From: an uncultured Victivallales bacterium
Lineage (GTDB): Bacteria; Verrucomicrobiota; Kiritimatiellia; UBA8416
Length of the DNA: 64,000 nucleotides
Assembly: GCA_964576795.1 (NCBI GenBank)
Contig: CAZNWT010000005.1
Location: forward strand, 17,696 to 81,695
Direction of reading: 5' to 3'
Shown here: positions 18,447 to 28,156 of the stretch, piece after piece
How the letters are laid out: each line of letters begins with the position of its first letter
Position numbering within the stretch: the first letter of the stretch is position 1
The notes under the pieces: model-generated
The model's input: the letters and a program-made list of their open reading frames with translations, nothing else
Told to the model about the DNA's origin: nothing
Database searches by the model: none
Translations under genes and position numbers: made by a program

Positions 18447-18979
18447 GGATGTTGTCTTCCAAATACAGCCTGATAGCGTCTAATGTAGGAATTATCTATC
18501 CACTACTATATCCGCCAAAGTGGTATCTGCCAAAGTGGTATCCGCAAAAGAAGGAATCGCGCGTGACCACCTCTGATCTTATCAAACAGGTGCATCAGGA
18601 GGTCATACAGGAAACAACTAGTAATTTCTTGCCGCTCGCATTTAGCGACCTCGCCCGAGCCTGAGCCCCGAGAAATTAAACGTGAAGCCTGCGGCATGAG
18701 TGATTTCGAAAAAATGGCATCACGGGAATGATGGGGCTCTACCAAACTTCAGGAGGCTTCAATCATCTAGCCGTTCCTAATCGTAATCCTACACCTAATC
18801 GTAATCGCGGTATCCTCTACATCCGGTCATCTGCGCCATTCTGATTTCAACCCTTGACCCGTAGGAGGACAATCCCTACTCTTAGCGAGTGAGCGCAGGT
18901 CTAATTTGTTCATGTTCTGGGGTCGTATTAATCTCACACATTTGACCGGAAATCAGAGCGTTCATATACAGGAGTTTCA

Positions 18980-19654
18980 ATGAATTACGGATTGGTTCTG
19001 GCGGCAGGAAAGAGTGGAAAACTGGGTTCTAAGGTTGATCGGGCATTTTTGAGTCTGGGACCTAAACCCGTCTTGGCCTATACGCTTTTGGCATTTGAGA
19101 AGTGTGAGGATATTGAGGGCATCGTACTTGTTGTTCGAAAAGACCGTGTTGATGCAGCACGCAGCTTGCTACAGCTTTTTGGGTGTTCCAAAGTTATCGA
19201 CGTGGTTGCGGGTGGAACGTTGCGAAGCGCGTCTGTTATCAACGGGCTGGCGGCCATGCCAGATGATGTGAAACAGGTTGCCATACACGAGGCATCCCGG
19301 CCGCTTGTGACATCTGAGTTGATTTCAGAGACCCTGAAGGCCTGCAAGCGCACGGGTGCGGCTTCCGTTGGACTGAAAGTGGCAGATGCCGTAATGCACT
19401 CAGAGCGTGGCGTAACGCTTTCGGATGCTGTGGATATTTCAAAGCTATGGATGCTACAGTCTCCCCAAAGTTTCAAGATTGATGTTTTGAGGCGTGCTCT
19501 AGCGAATCTGGACCCAAAGCATCCGCTTTCCGATGAAGCCTCTGCGGTAGAGCGACTCGGGGAATCGGTACGTCTGGTGCCCGGGTCACCGTATAACATT
19601 AAAATACTCACTTCAGATGATCTGCCTCTGGCAGGAATTTTGCTTAAACTTTAG
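18980..19654 (+). CDS. ispD: 2-C-methyl-D-erythritol 4-phosphate cytidylyltransferase
   Basis: LAAGKSGKLG nucleotide-binding loop, IHEASRP, DEASAVE and NIKILTSDDL match IspD conserved blocks. Confidence 0.8.
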   Translation: MNYGLVLAAGKSGKLGSKVDRAFLSLGPKPVLAYTLLAFEKCEDIEGIVLVVRKDRVDAARSLLQLFGCSKVIDVVAGGTLRSASVINGLAAMPDDVKQVAIHEASRPLVTSELISETLKACKRTGAASVGLKVADAVMHSERGVTLSDAVDISKLWMLQSPQSFKIDVLRRALANLDPKHPLSDEASAVERLGESVRLVPGSPYNIKILTSDDLPLAGILLKL

Positions 19655-19669
19655 GGAACCGCCTGATAT

Positions 19670-20401
19670 ATGAAAGGCAATAAATACGCGATACTTGGGG
19701 ATATTCATTCCAATTGGGAGGCCCTGTCTGCCGTTATTGAGGATGCCGAGGCGAATGGGGTCGAGAAGTATGTCTGTGTTGGGGACATCGTTGGATACAA
19801 TGCGAACCCATCGGAGTGCCTTGAGAAGGTCAAGGAGTTGTGCGTTGCTGTTGTGCGTGGAAACCATGACCACTATGTGTCGCACGATGAGTGTCTTGAG
19901 GACTTTCACCCCTTAGCAGCAAACGTTATCGACTGGACACGTCGCCAATTGACGCGTGAGCAGATTCAGTATCTACGCAACCTTCGCCTTTCGCAGATGG
20001 TTGATGGTTTTACGATTGTACACAGTACGCTGGATATGCCCGAGAAGTGGGGGTATGTGCTTGATACGTTGGATGCGGAATCAAACTTTAACTATCAGAC
20101 TTCATCCATTTGCTTCCATGGCCATACCCATGTTCCGGTGGTATTTGAGCGGCAGGGGCGAGTGGTGCGCAGTAGCTTTACAACGTTCGATGTAACCTTG
20201 GGTCGCAAATGTTTCGTCAATACCGGCAGTGTTGGACAGCCGCGAGATGGGGATCCGCGTGCGGCATACGTCATCTATGAACCTGCGGAGCGCCAGATTG
20301 AACTGCGTCGGGTTCCGTATGATATTAAAGCCACGCAACGCAAGATTATGGAGGCAGGTTTGCCGGACCGTTTAGCCAAGCGCCTTGATTACGGGAAGTA
20401 G
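19670..20401 (+). CDS. Calcineurin-like metallophosphoesterase
   Basis: GDIHSN…GDIVGY…GNHD…HGHTH metal-binding motifs. Confidence 0.75.
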   Translation: MKGNKYAILGDIHSNWEALSAVIEDAEANGVEKYVCVGDIVGYNANPSECLEKVKELCVAVVRGNHDHYVSHDECLEDFHPLAANVIDWTRRQLTREQIQYLRNLRLSQMVDGFTIVHSTLDMPEKWGYVLDTLDAESNFNYQTSSICFHGHTHVPVVFERQGRVVRSSFTTFDVTLGRKCFVNTGSVGQPRDGDPRAAYVIYEPAERQIELRRVPYDIKATQRKIMEAGLPDRLAKRLDYGK

Positions 20402-20507
20402 CCTTGACTTTCACAGGCGGGTTGGATAGAAACCACTCCCTGTTGGATTACGGGATAGTCTGACGTTATCAGATTTGCGTGCAAAACATACAACAAGGAG
20501 ATAAACA

Positions 20508-20678
20508 ATGGCCTATGTAATTTCTGACGAATGCACAAAGTGTGGTGCTTGCGAAGCGGTATGTCCCTCCGAGGCGATCACAGAAGGGGATTCCAAGTAC
20601 GAAATCAATGCGGATACCTGCGTGGATTGCGGTTTGTGCGAAGGCGAATGTCCTGTGGGGGCGATTAGCGCGGGCTAG
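20508..20678 (+). CDS. Small 2x[4Fe-4S] ferredoxin (56 aa), absent from the ORF track
   Basis: MAYVISDECTKCGACEAVCPSEAITEG…CVDCGLCEGECPVGAI carries two CxxCxxCxxxCP clusters. The RBS is aaggag. Confidence 0.75.
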   Translation: MAYVISDECTKCGACEAVCPSEAITEGDSKYEINADTCVDCGLCEGECPVGAISAG

Positions 20679-20744
20679 TCTCTGAATTAGGTTAGGGAGA
20701 AGAGGCCGCGTGGTTTTTTTAAGCCGCGTGGCTTTTTTGTTTTC

Positions 20745-21674
20745 ATGGATTACCACACTCTTTTTGGCCCTGTTCCTTCGCGTCGTTTTGGACGGTCTCT
20801 GGGCATTGATTTGTTGCCCTTCAAAACCTGTAGTTTTGACTGCGCGTTCTGTGAGGTGGGGCGTACGACGAACTCTACTTGTGAGCGAGCGGAGTATGTG
20901 CCCACCTCGGTTGTCATTGAGGAGTTTCGGCACTGGTTGCTCAGAGGCGGGGCCGCCGATGTGATTACACTTGCTGGATCTGGAGAGCCAACGCTGCATC
21001 TGCACTTTGGTGAGATTATAGACGCCATCCGTGCGAGCTGTGACATTCCGATTGTGCTGCTGACCAACAGTACACTGTTGCATGTAGATGCGGTGCGAAA
21101 AGCGGCTGCAAAGGCGAATATTGTTAAGGGATCGCTTAGTGCCTGGGATTCCGAATCGTTTCAACGTATGAATCGTCCTGCACAGGGGTTGACGTTTGAT
21201 TCTGTTGTGACGGGCTTACGACTGTTCCGGAAGTGTTTTTCCGGGGCATTGTGGCTTGAAGTGTTTCTTTTGCGTGGTGTTAACGATGCGCCTGATGATG
21301 TTGCTCGGATTGCGGCGTTAGCCGAGAGCATTAGCCCGGACGTGATTCAGCTCAATACCGTGGTTCGTCCACCGGCTGATGCTACAGCAACAGCTCTTTC
21401 TCAGGGTGATCTGGAGCTGCTGGCACCTCTTTTTTCGCCGCCCGCAGAGATTATTGCCCGATTTTGTGCCTCCTCGCCGTCTCCAGCGGGGCTGCCGGTT
21501 ACGCCTCGGCATGTTCTTGCAATGTTGACGCGTCGCCCCTGTACGGAGAAAGACATTGCTGCCGCTTTTGATATCACACTGTCGGTAGCCGAAGCGATGG
21601 TTAACGTTTTGTTGGAGGATGGCGTCATTCGCCCGGTTGAACGGCCTGACGGGGTTTATTACGGGGCTGTGTGA
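20745..21674 (+). CDS. Radical SAM enzyme
   Basis: Its CxxxCxxC motif CSFDCAFC is preceded by GPVPSRRFGRSLGIDL, and there is a G-rich SAM-binding segment LAGSGEPT. Confidence 0.7.
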   Translation: MDYHTLFGPVPSRRFGRSLGIDLLPFKTCSFDCAFCEVGRTTNSTCERAEYVPTSVVIEEFRHWLLRGGAADVITLAGSGEPTLHLHFGEIIDAIRASCDIPIVLLTNSTLLHVDAVRKAAAKANIVKGSLSAWDSESFQRMNRPAQGLTFDSVVTGLRLFRKCFSGALWLEVFLLRGVNDAPDDVARIAALAESISPDVIQLNTVVRPPADATATALSQGDLELLAPLFSPPAEIIARFCASSPSPAGLPVTPRHVLAMLTRRPCTEKDIAAAFDITLSVAEAMVNVLLEDGVIRPVERPDGVYYGAV

Positions 21675-21705
21675 TCATTGCTCAATTTACTGACCTTTTA
21701 GTTCC

Positions 21706-21789
21706 CTGTAGCCTCGTGCGCCAGCGCGTGGACTGAGGACGTCGTGTCATCTGCGGCGGAGATCCTCCTGCTGGCGCAGGAGGCTACAG
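21706..21789. repeat. GTAGCCTCG…CGCCAG element, full hairpin copy
   Basis: Left arm ctgtagcctcgtgcgccagc and right arm gctggcgcaggaggctacag form a 20-bp stem with one mismatch and a ~45-nt loop, located in the secA leader. Confidence 0.65.
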
Positions 21790-21916
21790 AGACGATTCTT
21801 CTGTGCAAAGGTCTTGTAGGCAAATGACGCGTTTTGCATCCCTTTTGATCTGGCTATTGCGCCATGCCTGACGTAGTCTTTCATGCCAATTACACCCTTT
21901 TCTCGGAGACTATTTT

Positions 21917-24900
21917 ATGCAGTGGATTCTCAAAAAGTTTGTGGGTACGAAGAATCAGCGTGATGTGAAGAAACTTCGTCCGTTGGTAGATCGTATTAAT
22001 GTTTTGGAAGAGGAGTATCAGGCGCTTTCAGATGACCAGCTCAAGGGCAAAACGCAGGAATTTCGGGATCGTCTTGCTAAGGGTGAGACGGTAGACGATA
22101 TCATGTGTGAAGCCTTTGCGACTGTCAAAAACGCCTGTCGTCGTCTTCTTGGAACAACGGTTGATGTTTGTGGTCATGACCTTCTTTGGGAAATGGTCCC
22201 CTTTGATGTTCAACTTATCGGCGGTATTGTGCTGCATCAGGGTAAGATTGCCGAGATGCAGACGGGAGAAGGCAAAACGCTGGTAGCTACAATGCCGCTC
22301 TACCTCAACGCGTTGCCCGGCAAGAATGTCCATCTTGTGACAACGAATGATTATCTTTCTCGCCGTGATTCTCAGTGGATGGGTCATGTCTACACCTATC
22401 TTGGGCTGACGGTGGGGTGCATTCAGAACCAAATGAGCCCGGCGGAGCGGCGTGAGCAGTACGCCAAAGATATTACCTACGGCATGAATAGCGAATTTGG
22501 TTTTGACTATCTGCGTGACAACGGGATGGCGTATCGCCCTGAGGATCAGGTTCAGAATGGTTATCACTTTTCAATTATTGATGAGGTGGACAATATTCTG
22601 ATTGATGAGGCACGTACGCCGCTCATTATTTCAGGTCCTGCCCCAACCTCGTCCCATCAGTATTTTGAACTGAAACCGAAGGTGGAGAGGCTCGTGCGGC
22701 TTCAGCGCGATTTGTGCAACAAGATGGTGAGTGATGCGCAATCGCTGCTCAAGAAAGGGGATACCGAATCGGCTCAACTACTGATGTATCAAATTGGGCA
22801 CGGTATGCCGAAGCATACGCAATTCATGCATATGATGGAGGAGCCTTCGACTCGGAAACTGCGTGAGCAGATTGAGAATGCGATGCTAACGGATGTGCGC
22901 AAAGAGGAAGCCCGAGCATTGCGTGAAGAGCTTCACTTTAACATTGATGAACGAGGGCGTGACGCCAGTCTCACCGAGATGGGGTGTGGGACGTTGAACC
23001 CCAGTGATCCCGATATGTATGAGTTGCCCGATATGGTGTCGGCCATGGCGGAACTGGATGGTCAGGAGGATCTGGATGAAGAGGCTAAGACCCTTAAACG
23101 TCAGGAAATCCAGGCCCTTTTTGCAGATCGCAGTGAACGCATCCACAATGTTGACCAATTGATTCGTGCTTACTGTCTCTACGAGAAGGATGTCGAGTAC
23201 GTTGTCCAAGAGAATCAGGTGATGATTGTTGATGAGTACACCGGACGGTTAATGCCCGGTCGCCGTTGGAGTGACGGTTTGCACCAGGCCGTTGAAGCCA
23301 AAGAGGGTGTGAAGATTGAGCGTGAGACTCAAACGCTGGCAACCATCACGATTCAAAACTATTTCCGCATGTATGACAAGTTGGCGGGAATGACGGGAAC
23401 GGCTGAAACCGAAGCGGATGAGTTCCACCAAATCTATAAGCTGGATGTCGTCGTTATTCCGACAAATCGTCCGGTCCGACGGATGGATAGCAATGACGTC
23501 ATTTACAAAACCCAGCGTGAAAAATACAACGCATTGATTAAGGATATTTCCGATCGCCATCAGCGTGGTCAGCCAGTGCTGGTGGGCACGGTTACGGTTG
23601 ACTCTTCGGAACTCATTAGCCGAATGCTTCGGCGGGCCAATATTCCTCACAGTGTGCTGAATGCGAAGAATCATGAACGCGAGGCCGAGATTGTGACGCG
23701 TGCCGGACAGCCGGGTTCTGTCACGATTGCTACCAATATGGCCGGACGTGGTACGGATATTAAACTGGGCCTCGGTGTTGTCACGGTGCCACGCGATATT
23801 ATCATGTCTCAGACGGCGCTCAGCAGCAAGTATAAGGATACGACTTTAGGGGATTACCTCGAGGAGAATCCCTGTGGTTTGCATGTTGTGGGTTCAGAAC
23901 GTCACGAGGCTCGGCGTATTGACCGGCAGCTTCGTGGGCGTTGTGCGCGTCAGGGTGATCCCGGATCTTCCCGCTTCTACATTTCGCTTGAGGATGACTT
24001 GATGCGTTTGTTTGGGTCGGATCGTATTGCCAACATTATGAGTCGACTTGGGTTGGAAGAGGGACAGGAGCTTGAACATAGCTGGTTGAACCGTTCGATT
24101 GAGACGGCCCAGCGCCGAGTTGAGCAGCAGAACTTCTCGATTCGAAAACGTACGCTTGAGTATGACGATGTGATGAACATGCAGCGGGAAATCGTTTATG
24201 GATTCCGGGGTGATGTGGTGCGTTCCGATGCCGTTCGTGAGATCATTTTTGATATTATGAACGATGTCATTTTCAGCACGACTGAGGTCATGCTGGAGCA
24301 CATTTCTGATGCCACACTGCATGACTATGTTGAATGGGTGCAGCTCACCTTTCCTGTGCCGCTGCGCATCGATGAAATCAAGCGCAAAGGCGACGATGCC
24401 GAGTCCATCGCCGAAGAGGTATTCAAGCGTGTTGAGCGTGCTTATGGATTGAAGGTTTCGTTGGAGAATCCGGAATCGGTTCCCTATATGGAGCGGCAGG
24501 TGGTTCTTCAGGCGATTGATAACCATTGGCAGGAGTACCTGCGAGCTATGGATGGGCTTCGCCAGGGGGTGGGGCTCCGCGCCTATGGCCAACGCGATCC
24601 CCTAGTTGAGTACAAACGCGAAGCCTATACGATGTTTGAGCATCTCATGAGTGACATCAAGACCGAGATCGTGAATACCGTGTTTCGTACGACGACAGCG
24701 GTGGATACATTTGAGCAATTTCTGGAGTCCTTGCCCCAGACACTGATTCACGATGAGGTATCTATGCTGGGTGGCGGGAGTTCGCTATCACAGCCGGGGC
24801 AGCCACCCCAGCCATCGGAACCCTCTGCGAGTTCGAGAATGTCTCTACCGTCTCTACAGGATGACAAGGTGGGTCGCAATGATCCGTGTCCTTGCGGCAG

Positions 24901-24934
24901 TGGAAAAAAGTACAAGAAGTGCTGTGGGCAATGA
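21917..24934 (+). CDS. secA: Preprotein translocase ATPase SecA
   Basis: 1005 aa with DEAD-like motor domains and a C-terminal zinc-binding tail CPCGSGKKYKKCCG. Confidence 0.95.
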   Translation: MQWILKKFVGTKNQRDVKKLRPLVDRINVLEEEYQALSDDQLKGKTQEFRDRLAKGETVDDIMCEAFATVKNACRRLLGTTVDVCGHDLLWEMVPFDVQLIGGIVLHQGKIAEMQTGEGKTLVATMPLYLNALPGKNVHLVTTNDYLSRRDSQWMGHVYTYLGLTVGCIQNQMSPAERREQYAKDITYGMNSEFGFDYLRDNGMAYRPEDQVQNGYHFSIIDEVDNILIDEARTPLIISGPAPTSSHQYFELKPKVERLVRLQRDLCNKMVSDAQSLLKKGDTESAQLLMYQIGHGMPKHTQFMHMMEEPSTRKLREQIENAMLTDVRKEEARALREELHFNIDERGRDASLTEMGCGTLNPSDPDMYELPDMVSAMAELDGQEDLDEEAKTLKRQEIQALFADRSERIHNVDQLIRAYCLYEKDVEYVVQENQVMIVDEYTGRLMPGRRWSDGLHQAVEAKEGVKIERETQTLATITIQNYFRMYDKLAGMTGTAETEADEFHQIYKLDVVVIPTNRPVRRMDSNDVIYKTQREKYNALIKDISDRHQRGQPVLVGTVTVDSSELISRMLRRANIPHSVLNAKNHEREAEIVTRAGQPGSVTIATNMAGRGTDIKLGLGVVTVPRDIIMSQTALSSKYKDTTLGDYLEENPCGLHVVGSERHEARRIDRQLRGRCARQGDPGSSRFYISLEDDLMRLFGSDRIANIMSRLGLEEGQELEHSWLNRSIETAQRRVEQQNFSIRKRTLEYDDVMNMQREIVYGFRGDVVRSDAVREIIFDIMNDVIFSTTEVMLEHISDATLHDYVEWVQLTFPVPLRIDEIKRKGDDAESIAEEVFKRVERAYGLKVSLENPESVPYMERQVVLQAIDNHWQEYLRAMDGLRQGVGLRAYGQRDPLVEYKREAYTMFEHLMSDIKTEIVNTVFRTTTAVDTFEQFLESLPQTLIHDEVSMLGGGSSLSQPGQPPQPSEPSASSRMSLPSLQDDKVGRNDPCPCGSGKKYKKCCGQ

Positions 24935-24936
24935 GG

Positions 24937-25022
24937 CGGGGGGGGGGTAAATTGGGAAATTTGAAATTGGAGAATTTGAAATTTGGAAATCTCAAATTGG
25001 CAAACCTGAAACCTGAAAGCTG
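24937..25022. repeat. G10 homopolymer followed by degenerate GAAATTGG-type tandem repeats
   Basis: cggggggggggtaaattgggaaatttgaaattggagaatttgaaatttggaaatctcaaattggcaaacctgaaacctgaaagctgaaatgg. Confidence 0.7.
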
Positions 25023-25024
25023 AA

Positions 25025-26725
25025 ATGGGGAGTGGAATGCTGGGCCTCTTTTCTGTTCCAATGCTGCTTAGGACCTTTGCGGTTCTCCTTTCGAGTTTTC
25101 TGTTGGCATGTGCGTTTCCGCTACCACCGGTGTTGACATCCATGGAGGGGGCATCCGCCGCTTGGCTGGGACTGATTCCGCTGATATTGGTGTCCCGACT
25201 GACGCGCCCGAAGCTGGCCTTCTGGTGGGGATGGGTGTGTGGTTTTCTGTTTTGGCTGGTTTCGGCTGCTTGGGTGCTGGAACTTCGTAATTCCTGGGGA
25301 TGTTTGCCGGTCGTCATTTTGGCGTGGGTTGCCCTAGCTGCCTATTGTGCTCTCTACATGGGGGTCTTTGCCTATTTGCTCGCAAGCGTCTGGCCACTAC
25401 GTTCTGAAGGAAATGAGAGTGCTCGATCGATCGGGTCTCTTCGTCGCGTAGCACTTGTTCTGCTGACGCCCGTAATTTGGGTAGGTTGTGAATATCTCCG
25501 TGCGGTGCTGTTTACAGGGTTTCCGTGGAATGCTCTGGGGGTCAGTCAGTACCGCAATATTGCGATTATTCAGACCTCAGGCTGGGGCGGTGTCTATGCT
25601 GTCTCTGGACTCATTGTCCTCTTGAATGCCGCTATTGCGATGACGGTGTTGCGCATCGCTGTTGAGTTGCGTTGTAGGGAACGTCGACGCCGTCGGGTTC
25701 ACTTTGAACTGATGATAGGGCTGATTGCGGTTGCGATGAGTTGGTCGTGGGGGGTGCGCACTGTGCGGCGTTCGGATCGTATCTCTGCCGAAGATGCGCA
25801 TATTAGGGTTACAGCGATACAGCCTCAGACGCGTCAGATTCAGAAATGGTCTGAGGCGCATTGCGCGTCTATTTATCGCGTGCTTCAGGAGCAGACGGAG
25901 CTTGCGGTAATGGGGCGACCGGATCTTGTGATTTGGCCGGAAACGGCCATTCCTGATTTGCTGAGAACAGCACCAACCGTTCAGGAGATGGTGTCTGCTT
26001 TGGTGATGCCCGGCACGATGTTGTTGGTCGGGGCTATGGATTTTGAGCAATCTGATATGGATACAGTCTATTACAATGCAAGCTTCCTTGTTGACGCAGA
26101 CGAAGGCATTGTGGGGTCTTATCGTAAGCGTCATCTTGTTCCCTTCGGGGAGTACATTCCCTTCGAAAATCAGATTGGGTTGATCAAACGTCTGGCGCCG
26201 TTGGGATTCAGTTGTATGCCGGGAGGGAAGAGTGGCCTAATGGAGCTTCCTGTTGGAAGTGGCTCCCCAAATCAAACTGCGTTGTTCGGTGTTTTGATCT
26301 GTTTTGAGGATGTGTTCCCCTATTTGGCGCGCCGGGATGTCAAGACGGGTGCCCGTTTTCTTGTCAACCAGACAAATGATGCCTGGTTTGAAGACTCTGC
26401 CGCGTCCCGTCAGCACATGGCCAATGCTGTTTTTCGGGCGGTTGAAAATCGTGTGCCACTGGTGCGTTGTGCAAATACTGGTGTTACCTGCTATGTGGAC
26501 AGTTTTGGGAGAATCATGGAGATGCTTGAGGGGGACGAGGGTTGCACCAACCTCAGGGGATTTTCGGTTTCTGAGATGCGTTTGGCTGCGGCGGGGATGC
26601 CGATGACACCCTATACGCGATTTGGCGATTGGCTGTTTGCACGGCCTTGCGCTATGATAACCTTGGTTTTGTTAATGATGGCGTGGTTGAAATCCTCGAG
26701 ATGGAGAGCAAAGCGTCGCGTTTGA
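25025..26725 (+). CDS. lnt: Apolipoprotein N-acyltransferase
   Basis: N-terminal multi-TM region plus a CN-hydrolase domain (LICFEDVFP, CANTGVT). Confidence 0.8.
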   Translation: MGSGMLGLFSVPMLLRTFAVLLSSFLLACAFPLPPVLTSMEGASAAWLGLIPLILVSRLTRPKLAFWWGWVCGFLFWLVSAAWVLELRNSWGCLPVVILAWVALAAYCALYMGVFAYLLASVWPLRSEGNESARSIGSLRRVALVLLTPVIWVGCEYLRAVLFTGFPWNALGVSQYRNIAIIQTSGWGGVYAVSGLIVLLNAAIAMTVLRIAVELRCRERRRRRVHFELMIGLIAVAMSWSWGVRTVRRSDRISAEDAHIRVTAIQPQTRQIQKWSEAHCASIYRVLQEQTELAVMGRPDLVIWPETAIPDLLRTAPTVQEMVSALVMPGTMLLVGAMDFEQSDMDTVYYNASFLVDADEGIVGSYRKRHLVPFGEYIPFENQIGLIKRLAPLGFSCMPGGKSGLMELPVGSGSPNQTALFGVLICFEDVFPYLARRDVKTGARFLVNQTNDAWFEDSAASRQHMANAVFRAVENRVPLVRCANTGVTCYVDSFGRIMEMLEGDEGCTNLRGFSVSEMRLAAAGMPMTPYTRFGDWLFARPCAMITLVLLMMAWLKSSRWRAKRRV

Positions 26726-26766
26726 CTGATCGAATGACGATGTACATCTGGACAAGGAGAGGGACA

Positions 26767-27898
26767 ATGATTGACGATATTAAACAACGTTTAGATAAGT
26801 TGAACGCGCGCATGGCGGAGATGCGAGGTTATCTTTGACATCCCAGCACGTGAGAAACGATTTTCTGAATTAGAAGCCGAGAGTAATGGCGTTGAATTCT
26901 GGAATGATCCAGGACATGCCCGGGAGATCATTGAGAAGACAAATCAGCAGCGTACCATTCTTAAGCCTTTTGGAGATATTGAGTCGGCGCTAGAGGAAGC
27001 TATGGTGATGCTTAATTTGGCGGAGCTCGAAGAGGATGACGCTCAGCGCAACCAGGCGGTTGAATACATTGACGAATCTATTCGAGATGTTGACTCCTCC
27101 TTTGAAAAGCTTGAGATACAATCGCTGCTTAGTGCTGAGATTGATTCAAGCAATGCCTATCTAACACTACATGCGGGGGCTGGAGGAACAGAGTCCTGCG
27201 ACTGGGCAGATATGTTGTTTCGGATGTATGGTCGGTACAGCGAAATGCAGGGCTTTCAGTTTGATCTTCTTGAGTTTCAGCCAGGGGATGAGGCAGGCAT
27301 CAAGCGGGCTACGGTCCAGATTTCGGGAGCTTACGCCTATGGATATCTGAAGGCGGAACGCGGGGTCCATCGTTTGGTTCGAATCAGTCCGTTTGATTCA
27401 AACAAACGTCGGCATACATCCTTTGCAGCCGTTGATGTTGTGGCTGAAATCCCTGATGATATTGAGGTCGAGATTTCCGATTCTGACATTCGGGTTGATA
27501 CGTATCGCGCCAGTGGGGCTGGAGGGCAGCATGTCAATACGACGGACTCCGCAGTACGGATTACGCATCTTTCAACTGGGCTTGTTAGTGCGTGCCAAGC
27601 GGAGCGATCGCAGCACATGAACCGCGCGAAAGCGATGAAGATGTTGCGCGCCAAGGTGTATGAGAGGATCCTTGCCGAAAAGCGCAAGGATATGGAGAAA
27701 TTCTATGGGGCGAAGGGCGAGATTGCCTGGGGTAGTCAGATTCGCTCCTATGTGTTGCAGCCCTATACCATGGTCAAAGATCACCGCTGTGGGGTTGAGA
27801 CCTCAAATGTTCAAAAAGTTCTGGATGGCGACATTCAGATGTTCATCGAGGGCTGGTTGAAGAGTAAAGCCGAGAACAAAAAAGCCGTTTTCGACTAA
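26767..27898 (+). CDS. prfB: Peptide chain release factor 2 with a programmed +1 frameshift at CTT TGA C (26833-26839)
   Basis: Frame 0 reads MIDDIKQRLDKLNARMAEMRGYL then TGA. The +1 frame continues DIPAREKRFSELEAE… through SPFDSNKRRHTSFA and the GGQ motif. An SD-like gaggt lies just upstream of the CTT TGA C shift site. Confidence 0.9.
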
Positions 27899-28156
27899 GG
27901 TTCATTTTTCGGCGCGTTAGGATTGTTTAGGGGTGAGACTTGGGGTGATATGGAGTGCCGTGACGGAGTCACCGCTTTGGATTCGAGCAAAGTGTGACAC
28001 GGATAAGAGTCGTAGACGGAACCGATCACGTTGGATGCATTCACGCGCTCCGCGCTCACGGAAAGCGGCGATTCCATCGCCGCACTCCAAAAAGGGTGCC
28101 CAAATGATGGTGAGGCGCTTGGGTGTGGTTTGAAGTGTTGAAAGAGGAAGACGCTA

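Noticed and set aside
18374-18664. 96-aa ORF in the mgtE–ispD intergenic region
   Set aside because: Its translation (…PPKWYLPKWYPQKK…) just reflects the DNA direct repeats. It has no RBS and no conserved features, and the region is more likely regulatory.
18330-18700. M-box (ykoK) Mg2+ riboswitch upstream of mgtE
   Set aside because: I could not find the conserved M-box sequence blocks by eye on the reverse strand. It is left as a check in the findings rather than a feature.
23894-24592. 232-aa ORF on the minus strand
   Set aside because: It is antisense to secA.
24948-25022. Possible CRISPR array from tandem short repeats
   Set aside because: The units are 8-11 bp, degenerate and contiguous with no spacers, and no cas genes are nearby.
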